64,000 bases of DNA from Hydrolagus colliei (GCA_035084275.1 CM068753.1:15934001-15998000), one strand, 5' to 3'; shown: positions 14,205 through 27,220, numbered from the stretch's first letter. Made by a program: numbers and translations. The notes: generated by a model not told the origin, from the sequence alone.

Positions 14205-14610
14205 ATCATCCTAGCTCAGTTGGTAGCAATCTTGTCTTTGAGTCAGAAGGTTGTGAGGTCTTGTCCCAGGCCAATACTCTGACCTCACTTGGTCTATGCT
14301 GACAATCCAGTGCAGTGTTGCAGGTACACTGCTATTGTTGGAGGTGCCATCCTGGATGACATTAAACCAGGGTCCCATGTTTAGGTGGAGGTCAAAGAGA
14401 AGGGAATTTCTCCTGGTGATCTGACCACAAATCCCCACCAGATACAATTGGTCATTCACTTCATTGCTGGTTGTGGGTCATTGTGGTGTGGAAATTATCT
14501 GCCGTATTTGCCTACAAATATGCAATCGCTACACTTTATATAGTAAAATGCTGTGAGGCATCCTTTGGTCCTGAAAGGCGTGATATCAAATGCAAGGATT
14601 ATTATTATTA
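14205..14610 (+). mobile_element. Deu-domain SINE (SacSINE1/AmnSINE1-like) with tRNA head and (ATT)n tail
   Basis: A-box-like tagctcagttggtagc head, gaggtgccatc..gatgacattaaaccagggtccc Deu-like core, tail aaatgcaaggattattatt. Confidence 0.65.
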
Positions 14611-15366
14611 CTAATAATGTATGATTGCAAAAGCTACACAAATAAATAAGGAGAATCTCTTCTTGTTACAGCAGGAAGTAATCCAAAAGCACTTCCTGTG
14701 CCAAGCTGGGATGAAGATGGGCAAAACAGCATCCACCTCATGTCCAAAAAATACTTGGGAATCAGCACTGCAAACACTGACACCAGCAGCTTCACTAGTC
14801 AGAATTGACTGTGATATTTTTCTTCAGATTCCTTCAATTGACGATTGGCTTATGCGCTATTCTGTGCTGCTTCCCCCTAACTGACAGCTATATGCCTCTG
14901 GGAACCACTTTTTTTCCCAGCTGCCTGACTGTCCTTCCCTTCTCTCAACCCAGTGATTGATGTCATATGGAATAGCTGATAGTTTTTAAGACATACTGAA
15001 CCTGCATAACATTTTTATTGCAGATCACTGAGACCAGGCACCATTTTATTATTCGAGTATTGCGATGCATTTCAATTGCCCACCACCTTGCTTAAGTGCG
15101 TCCACTCGTGAGAAGAGTTAAGCGATTAAGTAATGTAATATATAAATGTCCTTTCTCTCCATTCATTGTAATAGGGGTTCACTTCTCCTTCAAGTATAAG
15201 TGGATACAAGAAGTTAACTATTCTTGCACTTTGCTGCCTTGGGTAGCCTGAACTTTACAGGAGCCCTGTAAGATAAATCAAGCTACATTGATGCTTAAAA
15301 GAGGAATTAACACCCAGTTTAAAAAGATGCAATAACGGACACAAACGCAAATGCCGCATGCTTTCT

Positions 15367-15520
15367 TAATAATCCTTGCATTTAGTTTTGCATTTTATCA
15401 CATTATCGAGGTCTTGGGATCTTCAGTGTTCACCTAAAAAAGCAGATGGGACATCGATGCAACATCTCACCTGAAGGAGATGAGACAATGTAGCACACCC
15501 CCAGCACTATACTGGGAGGT
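15367..15520 (-). mobile_element. Degenerate Deu-type SINE fragment
   Basis: Reverse tail taataatccttgcattt, then a Deu-like core in reverse. Confidence 0.5.
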
Positions 15521-15725
15521 ATACTGAGAGCAAGAACTCTAAGAGAAGCAAATCTAATTATTTGTACAAATTTGTGCAGTTACATTTCACTCTAATATTA
15601 TGAACTGGATGGAATCCAGAGCACCAGCAGCCACTGATTCCAAAATATGCCACAATATCTTCATATGTCATGAGCAATTTTTATTACTATGTCTTCCCAA
15701 CTAACAAAATTGATTTTGCCGACAG

Positions 15726-15789
15726 GTACTGCTTTCCTTTTGGACGTCCTGAGGGTGCACTAAAGGCTACCTTGTCGCTCTTGGAAAGG
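15726..15789 (+). CDS. CADPS: CADPS exon, [21 protein letters not shown]; phase 2-0
   Basis: gacag acceptor, AGG|gtgagt donor, invariant CAPS motif. Confidence 0.96.
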
Positions 15790-15907
15790 GTGAGTAATTA
15801 AAGTTTTGCCGAAAGAAGTTCAAACATCAGCAGCATTTTACCATTATTGGACTCTGCAATTACTATTGCATTGTTCAAATTCTTAATTTCCACAAGTATA
15901 AAATATG

Positions 15908-15998
15908 ATAATAATAATAATCCTTGCATTTGATATAGTGCTTTACACATCTTCTAGACTTCACAGAATATGCAGTAAAGTGACTTGACTGTATATTT
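15908..15998 (-). mobile_element. SINE 3' tail fragment
   Basis: ataataataataatccttgcatttgatatagtgct...ttcacagaata, same family as 37601-37967. Confidence 0.75.
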
Positions 15999-16390
15999 GA
16001 GGCTTTCAGAAAAGCCTCAGAATTTTAGTAAAAGGTATAGGAAATATAGGTTACAATAGAAAAATGCTTGGATCAGGAACCAAAACAGGATCTGAATGAT
16101 GAGAGCAAACAGATTAGCAGAATAGCCTATTTTCCTATGTATTTACATGGGATTAAAATTGTGAGTGAAACGCATAGCTTTGTTTGATGGTCAGTTAGTG
16201 CATAGCACTGTCAAATTGCAGGAGGGAAGTCCAGTCAAGGCATGAGGACTGGAATTAGAAATCGTACTGTAGTGCAATCCCTCCCAATTGTAAGAATGTA
16301 TATTTGCAGTGATATCTTTATCACCATGTTTGCCTCTAACTTGCACATGTGCAGTTTGGTAGTTGTGGATTGCTTCTAATGTTTGCTTGT

Positions 16391-16550
16391 GGAGTCCTGT
16401 AGCTCAGTGGTTAGAGCACTCGCCTTACAAGTCAGAGACCTGGGTTCATTTCCATGCTGGACGAAACCTTGGCCAAGTTTTCTTATTCCACACGCCTGAT
16501 AATAATCCCTAAAAAAAAATTGGTCATTTCAATTCTCAACCATTTGTGAA
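16391..16550 (+). mobile_element. tRNA-derived SINE, 5' part with internal deletion
   Basis: GGAGTCCTGTAGCTCAGTGGTTAGAGC (A box)...GGTTCATTTCC (B box). Same head as the 37967 and 53229 copies. Confidence 0.85.
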
Positions 16551-17065
16551 TACAAGCACACAAAAACACGATTGGACTCGCGACAAGGCACTTGATTCTC
16601 ACTCTTAACTGCACTCCAGCTGCCCTTCGGGGAAAAATTGCTAGTCTCAGTTTGTGGATTAGAGGACAGTGCAAGCTAGGCAGGGATGGCACCCTTCCCA
16701 CATTGCTCAAGTGTACCTACTGGCAGCTATGCCAAATGGAGTCATTGATAGCATGTGTGGAAATGTCTGTAGGCTGGGCTGTCCCAACCAACTGGAATGG
16801 ACAGCATAAATTCAGTTTGGAGGGATAGGGAGAAATTGCAGTGATAAAGTATAAAATATAACACGTCATCACCAGTAATGTGATTTTCACAACCTCAAGA
16901 ACTTGCTACTTTACGATGTCACAGGTTGCATATTTTCTAAAGTGGCAGCAAAGTACTGGGCAGTGATTAGAAAGTCGAGTGAGCAGATTACTTAATTCAC
17001 TTACTCATGGCACTCATGGTAATAGCAATGCTGTTTGTTTGCAGGGGTGCTGGAAGGGACAAATT

Positions 17066-17592
17066 AACAACAACACCAAATTATATTTGTAAAGCGCCTT
17101 TCACATCGGGAGGATGTCCCGTCAGGACGTAAGCATGTGGGGGGGGGGGCAGGATTGGGATGAGGAAGGGCAGAGACATAGGAGAGTGACTGAAGGCAAA
17201 GAGGAAGGTTTTGAAGGAGGCAAGGGAGTGAGCAAGTTGAAGGGATTGGGGAATGCAGTTCCAAAGCATAGGGGCAGAGAGGCTGAAAGCTCGGCCGCCG
17301 ATGGTAGGGCGGGTCGGGCGGGAGACACGGAACGGGCCAGAGCCTGCTGAACAGAGTAGGGTCAACAGGTCAGAGAAATACACGGGGCAAGGTCATGGAG
17401 AGCCTTGAAAGTGAGGACAAGGATCTTGAATTCAATCCTTGAAGGAATGGGGAACCATTGGAACCGGGCGAGGGTGGGGTTGATGGGGTCGTGGAGCCTG
17501 GTGAAGGAGAGAACACGAGGTGCAGAGTTTTATATGATCTGCAGCTTGTGGAGGGAAGAGTTGTGGAGGCCAACAAGGAGGGAGTTGCCATA
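17066..17592 (-). mobile_element. L2-type LINE 3' fragment
   Basis: Minus-strand peptide GGRAFSLSAPMLWNCIPQSL typical of L2 ORF2 C-termini, with (TTG)n tail. Confidence 0.85.
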
Positions 17593-17772
17593 GATAAGTT
17601 ACTGAATTAAGTTTCTGGTTGCATTATTATAATAATACAGCCAGATAATGTGTATGAGTCAATGCATTACCATAGTTTACAGCAGTAAAAGTATTCTTTT
17701 GATAAAATGATAGTCAGTTAGGAATGATACATGCAGAAGTATGACGCGCTACCAATTTTCGTGGTTATAAAG

Positions 17773-17896
17773 GTGTTGATGAAGGACATAGTAACTCCGG
17801 TTCCTCAAGAAGACGTCAAAATTGTCATTCGCAAATGCCTGGAGAAAGCTGCTCTAATAAATTATACTCGTCTTTCTGAATATGCCAAAATTGAAG
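17773..17896 (+). CDS. CADPS: CADPS exon, [41 protein letters not shown]; phase 0-1
   Basis: ataaag acceptor, AAG|gtaagt donor. Peptide visible in ORF 17731..17937. Confidence 0.96.
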
Positions 17897-19206
17897 GTAA
17901 GTACAAGAATGTTTTTCTTTGTGCTTCAGCAAATTAATCTCTTGGAGATGGATATTTCGTTAAAAAAAAAGGTTTATATATAATTCTGTATTCATATGTT
18001 TTTAGGCCTTCAAGTTCCAAAAGTAATGTATAATAATGTGAATTTATTTGTGATCTTCTTGGTGATTTACTACTGCTAAAGTATTGTCCTGTTACTTTAT
18101 CATTGCTGCTGACTTGACTTTGAAGCTTAGTCTCAGGCTGAAATGTTAGTAGGCAAGGGTTTAAGTTTTCCTTTACTGTAAGTAAATAAATGTCCCAAAT
18201 TTCTGAATGACCTAAGAACTGGAACCATAACTGGAACCACAAAATGGCAATGTTGGTGATGGCAGGTAATGGAGACCTTTAGTGTTAATGAATGTTTTTG
18301 TTGAGAAACAATGATATATTTAGAGCAGCATTTCAACTTTCAATGAACATAGATTCCAGCTATATGATGTGAATCCCTGCAAGTAATGTGACTTTTAACA
18401 ATTCAGTGTTTTGATTGCGATCCGTAAAGAAAATGTTATTACCATAACCAAAATCTACAGTACATCACAGTGGTCCTGCATTTAAACAATATTTGCATCA
18501 TCATTTCGCAGTTATCAAAAGAAAGTTTTTCTATATTGCCATAAGAGTTGAAATGGTTTCCAAGACACTGTTGTATAAATGTTGAGCTTCCGTGTCCTAC
18601 AAAAGGGTTAGAAGAAAGAACTGCTGCATTACACTTACTGCTACTTGGCTTGATGGCTTCAATTCAAGGATGGTCGGAAGGACATATATACATGGCATGA
18701 TGGTATCCTCTACTGGAGTGCCAAAGATTGACATCACAGGGTACCGCAATGAGAATTTGATTCCTCTTTCCACTCGCCCCCAACAACCTCCCCCTCCCTC
18801 ACTCCAACTCCACTAGGTTCCTGATTTCAGCCATGCTGCTGTGGGGAGGTAATAAGAAGAGAACAGACACCTCCTCCACCACTTGCCCACACTTCCTCGC
18901 TGGTCAACCATTCTCTCAGGCAGGCATGATGAATAGTCTGGAGACCAAACAAGTGGGAGAGGGAAGAAATAGAAACATAGATAGAACAAAAAACATAGAA
19001 TCACTTAAACACTTCCTAATTCAAACCTGTGTAATATCTATCTAAACCACAATGATTTGTCAAAGCTTCTCTTTCAGTCAGATTGTCAATGTTTTGAGTT
19101 TTCAAAGATTTTTGACTTTCCATTCAACATGTTTTTCTGAATGCATATGAAGATTGGGTGTTTGGGAATTTGTAACTTTTTTTCTTCTTTTAAAGCAAGA
19201 TAAGAT

Positions 19207-19276
19207 AACAACAACAACAACAACAATTTACATTTATATAGCGCCTTTCACGTCGGGAGGACGTCCCAAGGCGCTA
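19207..19276 (-). mobile_element. Ultra-short L2 3' tail
   Basis: (AAC)n-tttacatttatatagcgcctttcacgtcgggaggacgtccc, matches 17066-17120. Confidence 0.75.
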
Positions 19277-20347
19277 ATATAGTGGCATTCGATCATTGCT
19301 AACTGTGCTCTTTACACACACATGTACTTTTGATTGATTCACAAATGCCTCTTGAATAATGGACGATGCTTATAGTTATTTTTAAAGGTTGAGCAGAATG
19401 ATCTCCTCACCCCAGTGTGTAAACCACACAGGCCCACTACTTGTGCTGGTCATTCACTAGATGCTTATGTGTTAAAATGAGTACCACAACATCATTATTA
19501 GTGAACAGACATGACACATCAGTACCAGTAGTGAACCACAGCATGTCAGCGTTGCAGTGAACTCTTTTTTAAGAATAATTAATCAAGCAATCAGCAGGCA
19601 ACTACCATCCTACCTTGTTGGAAACATCTCTTGTTCAATGAGATGCTGTGTGGACAACTAGTCTTAAATTAGTCTGATGTATAAATATTTTGGTAGACAA
19701 CAGTGTTCTTCCTTTTTTCTGGGATTTCCCTTCATGCAGTCAACTGTCAATTGTGGACTTGATTTATGTGGTCAGAATTGTTTGGAAACAAATAAAGCAG
19801 GTTAAGAATTGAGCAATCATAGGCAATTTGCAGCAGCATATCGGAAACAGCGGAAAAGTTAGAGGTTTTTATTTATTTGATATTAAGTTAGGGTTTCAAG
19901 TGTTTTGTTTATTAAGGTCTTGTCAATTATACAAAGCTGTGGATGATGTCCGTTAACTAACATCTTTTTATTGTTTGGAAACATTAGATTCTAACATAGC
20001 GGGTGATATCTGCAGTTGACTGCAAGTTTTAGGCAGAGCTGAGTGCAGTTCTAGTAAGCTTGAGCACATGATAAGTATGTGTAAGTAAAAATGCATTCAA
20101 TTCCAGTGTAGATCCCTTAGTATTTGATTATTCTCCCTTTTGTGCCTCACTCAATTCTTTCTGGTCCTGTTAATGTACCCTCTTCTGCACTGTGACTTTT
20201 AGGTCTGGGAATACTTTGAAGCAAACAAACTCTTTTTTCCAGCTCCTTGTGCAGAGAAGTAATCCATTCCTCACTACCTGCTCCTTTCTGCTTCTCTCCT
20301 TCCTTTTTTTACACTGACCTTGTCACTTTTTTATATTCCTAAAAAAG

Positions 20348-20509
20348 TGGCTGAAGAAGCACTCAGTAGCCAGCATGCAGGGATTGTGGTCTCAGCCAGC
20401 CAGCCAGCATTCACCAACTGCATGTATCAGGCTTCCTTACATGGGCATAGTCCAGTCTGTGTTTTCATTGAAAATCTTGAAACCAGGCCTGAAAGGCAAA
20501 AGTATATCA
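20348..20509 (+). CDS. CADPS: Candidate unannotated CADPS cassette exon (162 nt, phase 1-1)
   Basis: CTGAC branch-like motif and pyrimidine tract, AAG acceptor, open in the gene's frame, CA|gtatgt donor at the correct phase. I do not recognise the peptide. Confidence 0.35.
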
Positions 20510-21088
20510 GTATGTACCCTTTGCAATTATTTAGTTGTTGATAATGCAAAGATTTTAAAAACGAATCAAATTGACTGCAGCTAACATCCGCTGACATGTA
20601 TCATTTTATTTTCAATTAATCACAATATACTTGATTTGAAGAACTTACCCAAACACAGCTCAATAATATAATAATAGTGAACAAATTATGGAAACAGCAA
20701 ACTGTGGTGAAAGTGCTGAGGACTGTGCCTATGAAGGAATACCTGAGAGTGGTGTGGATACTAAAAGCTTCTGCATTTAGTATCTTGGAGCCTAGATCAA
20801 TCAAATTCTGTTTTCCTTTTATTCATTATGTTTTGCCATCAACAGATTACAAAAATCTGAAGCAATTTGTCAGAATCATGGTCACAGCTTCTTTTGTGAC
20901 TCATGGGCATGCTGAATGGTTAAACCTCAATTACCCACAAATTCAAAATACCTTTTTTCCTGCTGTCCTGTATCCCAAATTACACCAGAGCTTTTTTTTT
21001 TCTTTCTGACCTAATATAATTTTCCTCTGATCTATGATCTTTTTCCTTCTGACCTAAGCTTCTTGCATGCCCAAATCCTCTTTTATAG

Positions 21089-21157
21089 GGAAAAAGAGAG
21101 AAATGTATGAGCATCCTGTCTTCTGCTTGGCCTCTCAAGTGATGGATTTAACCATTC
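21089..21157 (+). CDS. CADPS: CADPS cassette exon (69 nt, phase 1-1), (G)KKREMYEHPVFCLASQVMDLTI
   Basis: ttttatag acceptor, TTC|gtgagt donor. Peptide recognised from CAPS isoforms. Confidence 0.92.
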
Positions 21158-22037
21158 GTGAGTACTTACCACCTCCTTTCCGCACTGTTTCTTGCTCTTT
21201 CTGTTGACATGACTTAAAGCCAATCGACACCAGCCCCTGTGATCAACCCCACTCTTGCACTTTACGTCCCTCCTGCCTTCTTTGTCTGTTGCTTCTGTTT
21301 GTGATCTCAAATTGTTTGACTTTCAGCCTGCTGTTTTTGACCTAAACCAGGTTTTTTTTTAAAACATATACATAGCCCATTGTTTGTTGATGAACTCAAA
21401 ATATCTGTAAATTTTTTAAGTTATTATTATTGTCTGTGACTTGAATGCATTTTTACTTTGCTTCTATGTATTCCTGAGTTGTAAAGCACTTGTGACTGGT
21501 ACACTGTACAAAGCCAGGACCCACATAAGCAAACCAATCGTACACAACTGGCAATGAGAAATGGGTTGTTTCTTCTCTGTGGACAAAGACATTCTGTAGA
21601 TTTGTGTGGATACCTTAACCTTAGTCTGTCCTGTCTGTGACTAATTAAACAAATGTAATCATATACATACATGTTTTCTTTTACATACTTTAACCCTTTT
21701 CCAGTTTTAAGCACCTGATGGATCATCTGCGTTCTCAACATTTTAGGATTCTATGATATGCTTCTATCTTGAACTCATTGCTTGCTTTCATCTCCGAATG
21801 TGTAATTGCTGACTGTCCATCTCTGTGGTGCACCTCTGTTGCCCTTTGCTCGGAAGGCTCCTATAGTAGTATTCATTCCCATTCAGGGTAGTGGGAGGCA
21901 ATGGGCAAATTCTTTGGAGGTCATTGGTGCCACACGACTAGGGTGTAGCTTTTGGTTCACTTGCTCATTAATCCTGCATATTTGTCTTGTTTTTCTCTCT
22001 CTCTCTTTCTCTCCTCGTTGCTCTCTCTTTCCTATAG

Positions 22038-22055
22038 AGAATCAAAAGGATCCAG
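22038..22055 (+). CDS. CADPS: CADPS 18-nt microexon (E/Q)NQKDP; phase 1-1
   Basis: Long CT-rich tract, cctatag acceptor, CAG|gtgaac donor. Matches the ENQKDA peptide recalled for mammalian CAPS1. Confidence 0.9.
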
Positions 22056-23034
22056 GTGAACTATTGTATTCTACATATTAATGTAGTAGGGCTATATCAT
22101 TAGATTATTTCCATCGTTTAAAATTACATTTGAGTAGCCTAGCTCCTTCTGAGGTGCTCTTCAGTAGGCTCAATTAATATTTAATGAGTCTCTGGGGTAG
22201 AGACCCTTAAGGAGTTAATTTGTGCTGTCTGTAGATGGCGTGGAACACAATTAGCATTTATCTAGATTCAGAGATGCACATTCAGGAATCTGAATTGCTT
22301 TTGCAAGTTGAATCATCTTCAAAGTTGCCATGTGTGGGGGAGTGGAAAACTGATAATGGATATGTATCAATGAAAGCGACAATAGCCTTGTCAATTATAT
22401 TGACTTTCAATTTGATACCTGAGATTTACTGCTGATAATATAAATGTTACAATGGCCACGCATTAAACAAACAAAATGTTACTGTTGAGATCAGTGGAAG
22501 CATAAAATGCATGAACATTTATAGTTAATGCATCCAACAAACTCATATGTTGCCTCTTAGTATTTTTTAAAAAATCCAGTGTCTTTATGCTGCATGTTTG
22601 TTCATTTTAACTCTCTTTATCTGAATAAATGCTGAGAACTATAAACTGAAACTTACCTCTGGAGAGGGTACAACTTGCAGCTTCATTTATTTTAATATAG
22701 TTCACCACTGAATGGATTTATAGTGGACAAATCTTGGTGTAGTTACATGTACAATAAAATGACCCACCTGTACTAGAAAAGCAGTTGCAATAGAGTTTTG
22801 TTTCAGTTTTGTTACATTTACTGATATTAGTTGTTTTTAAGGTTATTGTACAGCGTGTATTATAACATCTGAGCCGAGGAAATTGTTTCCACTTATTGTG
22901 GACTTAGTGTATTCAAATGCCATTTAAACTAAGAAAGACCTTTTATAGCCTCATAACGAATTTTTCTATCAGTTGTATATGATTCTTTATCGGTATATAA
23001 AAATTAGATAGGAAACACACTTTTATACCATGGA

Positions 23035-23215
23035 ATTAGTGAGATCTCAACTGCCTGTTCATTTGGACATTAAAGATCCTATCACATTTGAAAAGAGAAG
23101 GGAGTTTCTAGTGTCCTGGCCACGAATCCCCCAAACAAAACAAATTGGGCGGTTACCTCATGGCTGTTTGTGAGACATTGCTGTTGCATATTGTCTGCCA
23201 CGTTCACCTTCAAAT
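23035..23215 (+). mobile_element. Deu-domain SINE core fragment
   Basis: ggacattaaagatcc...gaaaagagaagggagtt..tgtcctggcca...gctgtttgtgagacattgctg resembles the Deu domain. Confidence 0.55.
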
Positions 23216-25864
23216 ACATAGTTCCTACACTTAACACTAAAATTCCCGTGAAGCCGTTTTTTATTTCAGGGTGGTTTGAGGATTATTATTTAGTTATAGA
23301 CTTCCTGCATATAGTTAAAAGCGCTCTAGTCTTCCGGATTCATAGCTTTGTAATTATGACTACTGTCCCTGCCCCCATGCACCCCTCTTGTGATTCAACA
23401 CAGAGATCAATGTGGATACTGAAAAATAAATAATGGCAGGTGAAAGGATAGTTGAAAACTCCATTGCTTTTAAAATTCTGTATGATTATTTTAAACATGC
23501 ATTATTAAAACTGCCTTGAATCACAATTCTAAAAATTATATTATTTAGTTTGTTGTTGTAACAAAAGAGTTGTTGAAATGTATCAATGTAGAAATAGGAA
23601 TGTAAAAGGTCTAAAGAGGAAAAACATCAGAACTATGTTCATAAACCCAGAAACTGTTCTGCATAACATAGGGCTAGCATAAAAGAGGATCATTAAAAAT
23701 ATTGTCTACATTAATGGTTTTATAAAAATAAAGCAAAATACTTAATTCTAACAGAGCAATGGAAAACATACTTATCCAGCACTGTGAATCCACTTTGGGA
23801 TCTCTACCTAACTTGAAAGTTGCAATAGAAATGTAAAATCTATTGCATTGAATCCGTGATAGTGCATTAATATAGGCTCAGATTCTGATTGTCAGTCTAT
23901 ACAAACAAACAGTGGCATTGGTGTTGCTTTTTAATGTGATGTTATAATAATAATATATATCCTTAATATATCAGGGTTCACTGCCTGACAGTTTCAGGTG
24001 TGATGTTGTCACTCTTTAAATTACCCATCAAATTGAAACTTCATTGTAATCTAATTCAGTGGAAGAAAGATAGATATTGTGAATTTAGAACATGCAGACC
24101 ACTATTAGAATCCATTTATAATCCCGATGGGAGATTTCTGTTTCCTCAGAGGCTCAGATGTTATGTTACAATGATCGACAATAAGGCGAGGGAGCTTCCA
24201 CCTTGGTCTTATTTCACAATGCATGTGAATTACTGTATCTCTAAAATGTGTTAAATCAGGTATTTTGGTAAAAACACACTTAGATTCTTGGACAGTACAC
24301 TGTTAGTTAAACAACCTTGGTATTGATATGAGAACTCGTTACTTTCAATGACGCCAGCTGGGTTGCTTGCAAATCATGGGCCAATTGGAGAAAATGCATC
24401 TCGCCTCTTGGAGTAAAATTCTTGACTTTGAAATACCATAATATCACAGTAAAATGCAACAACAAGTAGAATTTATACAGTGCCTTTCACATCGGGAGGA
24501 TTTCCCAAATTTTCTGTGCGGTGATATTCTCATATGTCTTCTCAGTATTGACACCTTCATGACCTTTGCCACAACTTTAGTTCTAATCTTTTTTTACATC
24601 ATTGAGTACTTTGTAAACATACACAGTATTTGATCATTTGTGAAAGAATTTGATATGATTTTAATTTTCAATGCATCCTCAGCCAGCTACCTATTTATCT
24701 CTTATTTAAAGTAAGTCAAATAACATTTGCTAGAAAGACTCCAAGATACTAAATGCATACAATTTTAGTCACAATTTTAGTATTTGTATTTCATTAAATC
24801 CACAATATATCATATCAATGATACTTTTAGGCTACTTAAAGCAATTAAATGTGGATAATAAATCTAAATGCATTTATTCTTCAAGGTACTTCAACTGTAT
24901 TTAGTTACTGGAATCTTTTTAAAAAATGTTTTAAAAAAATTCAAAATTATTTGGATGGCCTTCCAAACTATCCTGATCAGAGAACTTTAATTGACTCACA
25001 AACACCCAATACACACCCACCAGGGCACTGAACAAAGGAAAGGCAGAAGAGAAAAGAGATGGGAATTTCTCCCAGTAGCCAATAGCCTGACTAAGAGAAA
25101 AATTTGTGATTCACTTCATGGTTGTTTTGCTTGCTTACAAAATACACAATCACCACATATTACAGTAAATCCAGGCAATTGCTTTGAGACACACTCCTGA
25201 CATATTTTGGTGGGTCAACCGGGTGTGTGACACATGCAGAAACACATCCCTGTGCTGAAAGAGTATCCAAACCAAGCTACGATTTCCATGCATCCCAATG
25301 AAATCTCATTGAAATTCCAGAGATAGATTGTGGGAATGCCCCCAATGTGCAAAGCTAGCCCTCCTGGCATGAAAGGGGCTAATACCAAATGAAAGATTAT
25401 AAATCACAACACCTGATTTAACACCGATTTAATGATTGTTTTCTGAGGCGGAGTAATGTTCTGAATTTTTAGTTCCTACGCCATTTCATTTGTAAACTTT
25501 GATAGTTTCTATAAAGAAAAAAACCGTATAGTCGAGTATTTGGGTGAGTTGTACTTTTTTATTTAACTGCGATTTTAAAATAACGTCTACAAAAACAGAG
25601 AATCTGGTGGCTTGCAGCACAGTCTCGGATTATATTAATACGAGTTTCATGGTTCTGCTGTGCTTAAAATATCTGCTATACGGTGTACTGCTGAGATCTT
25701 TGGAAACATCCTGATATGGCTGTCATTAGCAGTTACAAGAGTACTCTCTTGAAGTGTCATAACTCTGTGTGTTTATTTCATTACAAGTTCTTGTTACTTG
25801 TACCATTGTCCATTCAGTCATATGCCTGCTTACTTTTACTATCTCTCTCACTCATGCATGGCAG

Positions 25865-25966
25865 CACGACGATCTTGGCCTAAACCTCCGCCTGCACCTC
25901 CACCCATACAAACGCAGCAAAACATTCTTAATCAGAGACTCAGAGGCATGCCTAAGCAAACACCAA
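25865..25966 (+). CDS. CADPS: CADPS proline-rich cassette exon (102 nt, phase 1-1), (A)RRSWPKPPPAPPPIQTQQNILNQRLRGMPKQTP(K)
   Basis: Pyrimidine tract then ggcag acceptor, CAA|gtactg donor, frame-preserving, GC-richer than its flanks. Confidence 0.75.
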
Positions 25967-26818
25967 GTACTGTAATAGCTTTTCATTTGGGTTTATTTGA
26001 TTTTTATATATTTTTTATATTCCCTTTTTTGTTTTACACTGGTTGTGCTAACGTGAACTATACAGAAATGTATAGCAGAGTAGAATCTACTGCTAGAATC
26101 TGCTGTTTAATTTTTACAATCAGTCGAATTATGAATTTAGTTGGTAGAAAATTAGTCAGTACTGTCACCTTGTTTGTTCGGTGCACAGAGCGTTGTCCAA
26201 TATAAATGTCAGCACAAACTAACAGTGTTGCTGCATAATGTGTTGCATGTTGAGTTTAAATTGCATTTACTGAATAATGTTTTGTTGCAAGGTGATAGCG
26301 TTTTGGCGGTATTCACTGCTCCAGTTAGCTTTCTGTTGATTGGTGCAACGGTCCTTTCTTCACACAGTGCCTTTTGCCAGAGAATCTCATTTAATATCTG
26401 GGAAAAATGTGGACTCTTTTTAATGAAGCTTTGCAACACTATTCTTAAAAAAAGAGTATGTCCAAGAGAACATTAAGAATTTACAGAGATTTGAAACATC
26501 ACAGAGATTTGACTACTTCTGCCTCATAGTAATACAAACTACAGTAGTTACAACTCAGAATAATCGGTTGATTTTTTTAAAAAAGATGCAGAGCGGGATC
26601 TCTCCCAAGCACTACAAACTAGATCAATTCTACCTGGAGCATTGCACATCTTTTGTAAACTGAAAATACCTGTCTGTATATTCAGCCTCTTTTATGTAGA
26701 TAGATATAATAATTGTTTTGTGTAAAAATAAAAGCATGGATTTTAAATTGAAGTGTCACTTAAGGGAAGTCTTGTTTGTACAAGATTAAATTACTTATTT
26801 TAATACCATTTACAACAG

Positions 26819-26925
26819 AAAATGTAGGACGTTTAGTCTCCCCTGGCAAAAAACTGGAAGATACAATTCGTCTTGCTGAATTGGTTATTGAGGTACTACA
26901 GCAAAATGAAGAGCATCACGCAGAG
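26819..26925 (+). CDS. CADPS: CADPS exon, [35 protein letters not shown]; phase 1-0
   Basis: caacag acceptor, GAG|gtgagt donor, conserved peptide. Confidence 0.96.
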
Positions 26926-27220
26926 GTGAGTGTTGCTGTCTTCGTAATTTCTCCTCAGTGACTAGTTTGTGTGGTTTGATGCCATTTTAAGACTGCTGGT
27001 TTTAATATGCTGCCAAAATGCTACTGAATTCTTCAAAGACCCACAAACGCATTTTAAAAAATCTTTCCTTCAAGTTCTTCAATCATATCTGAGTCAGAGC
27101 AGAGTATTAAATTCTAAATTCTAAGATGTTTTAACATTAATTTCCATTGTTGGTAATTAAAGTGTTCATTTTGAGGAGTATGGTCTACTCACCACAGCAG
27201 TGTAACATTAGAGAAATTGC

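Noticed and set aside
16391-16465. tRNA gene
   Set aside because: It is the tRNA-derived head of a SINE, continuous with the SINE body and repeated at 37967 and 53229.
21858-21890. Possible small exon after ctcggaag
   Set aside because: Weak donors, an in-frame TAG, or non-symmetric length.
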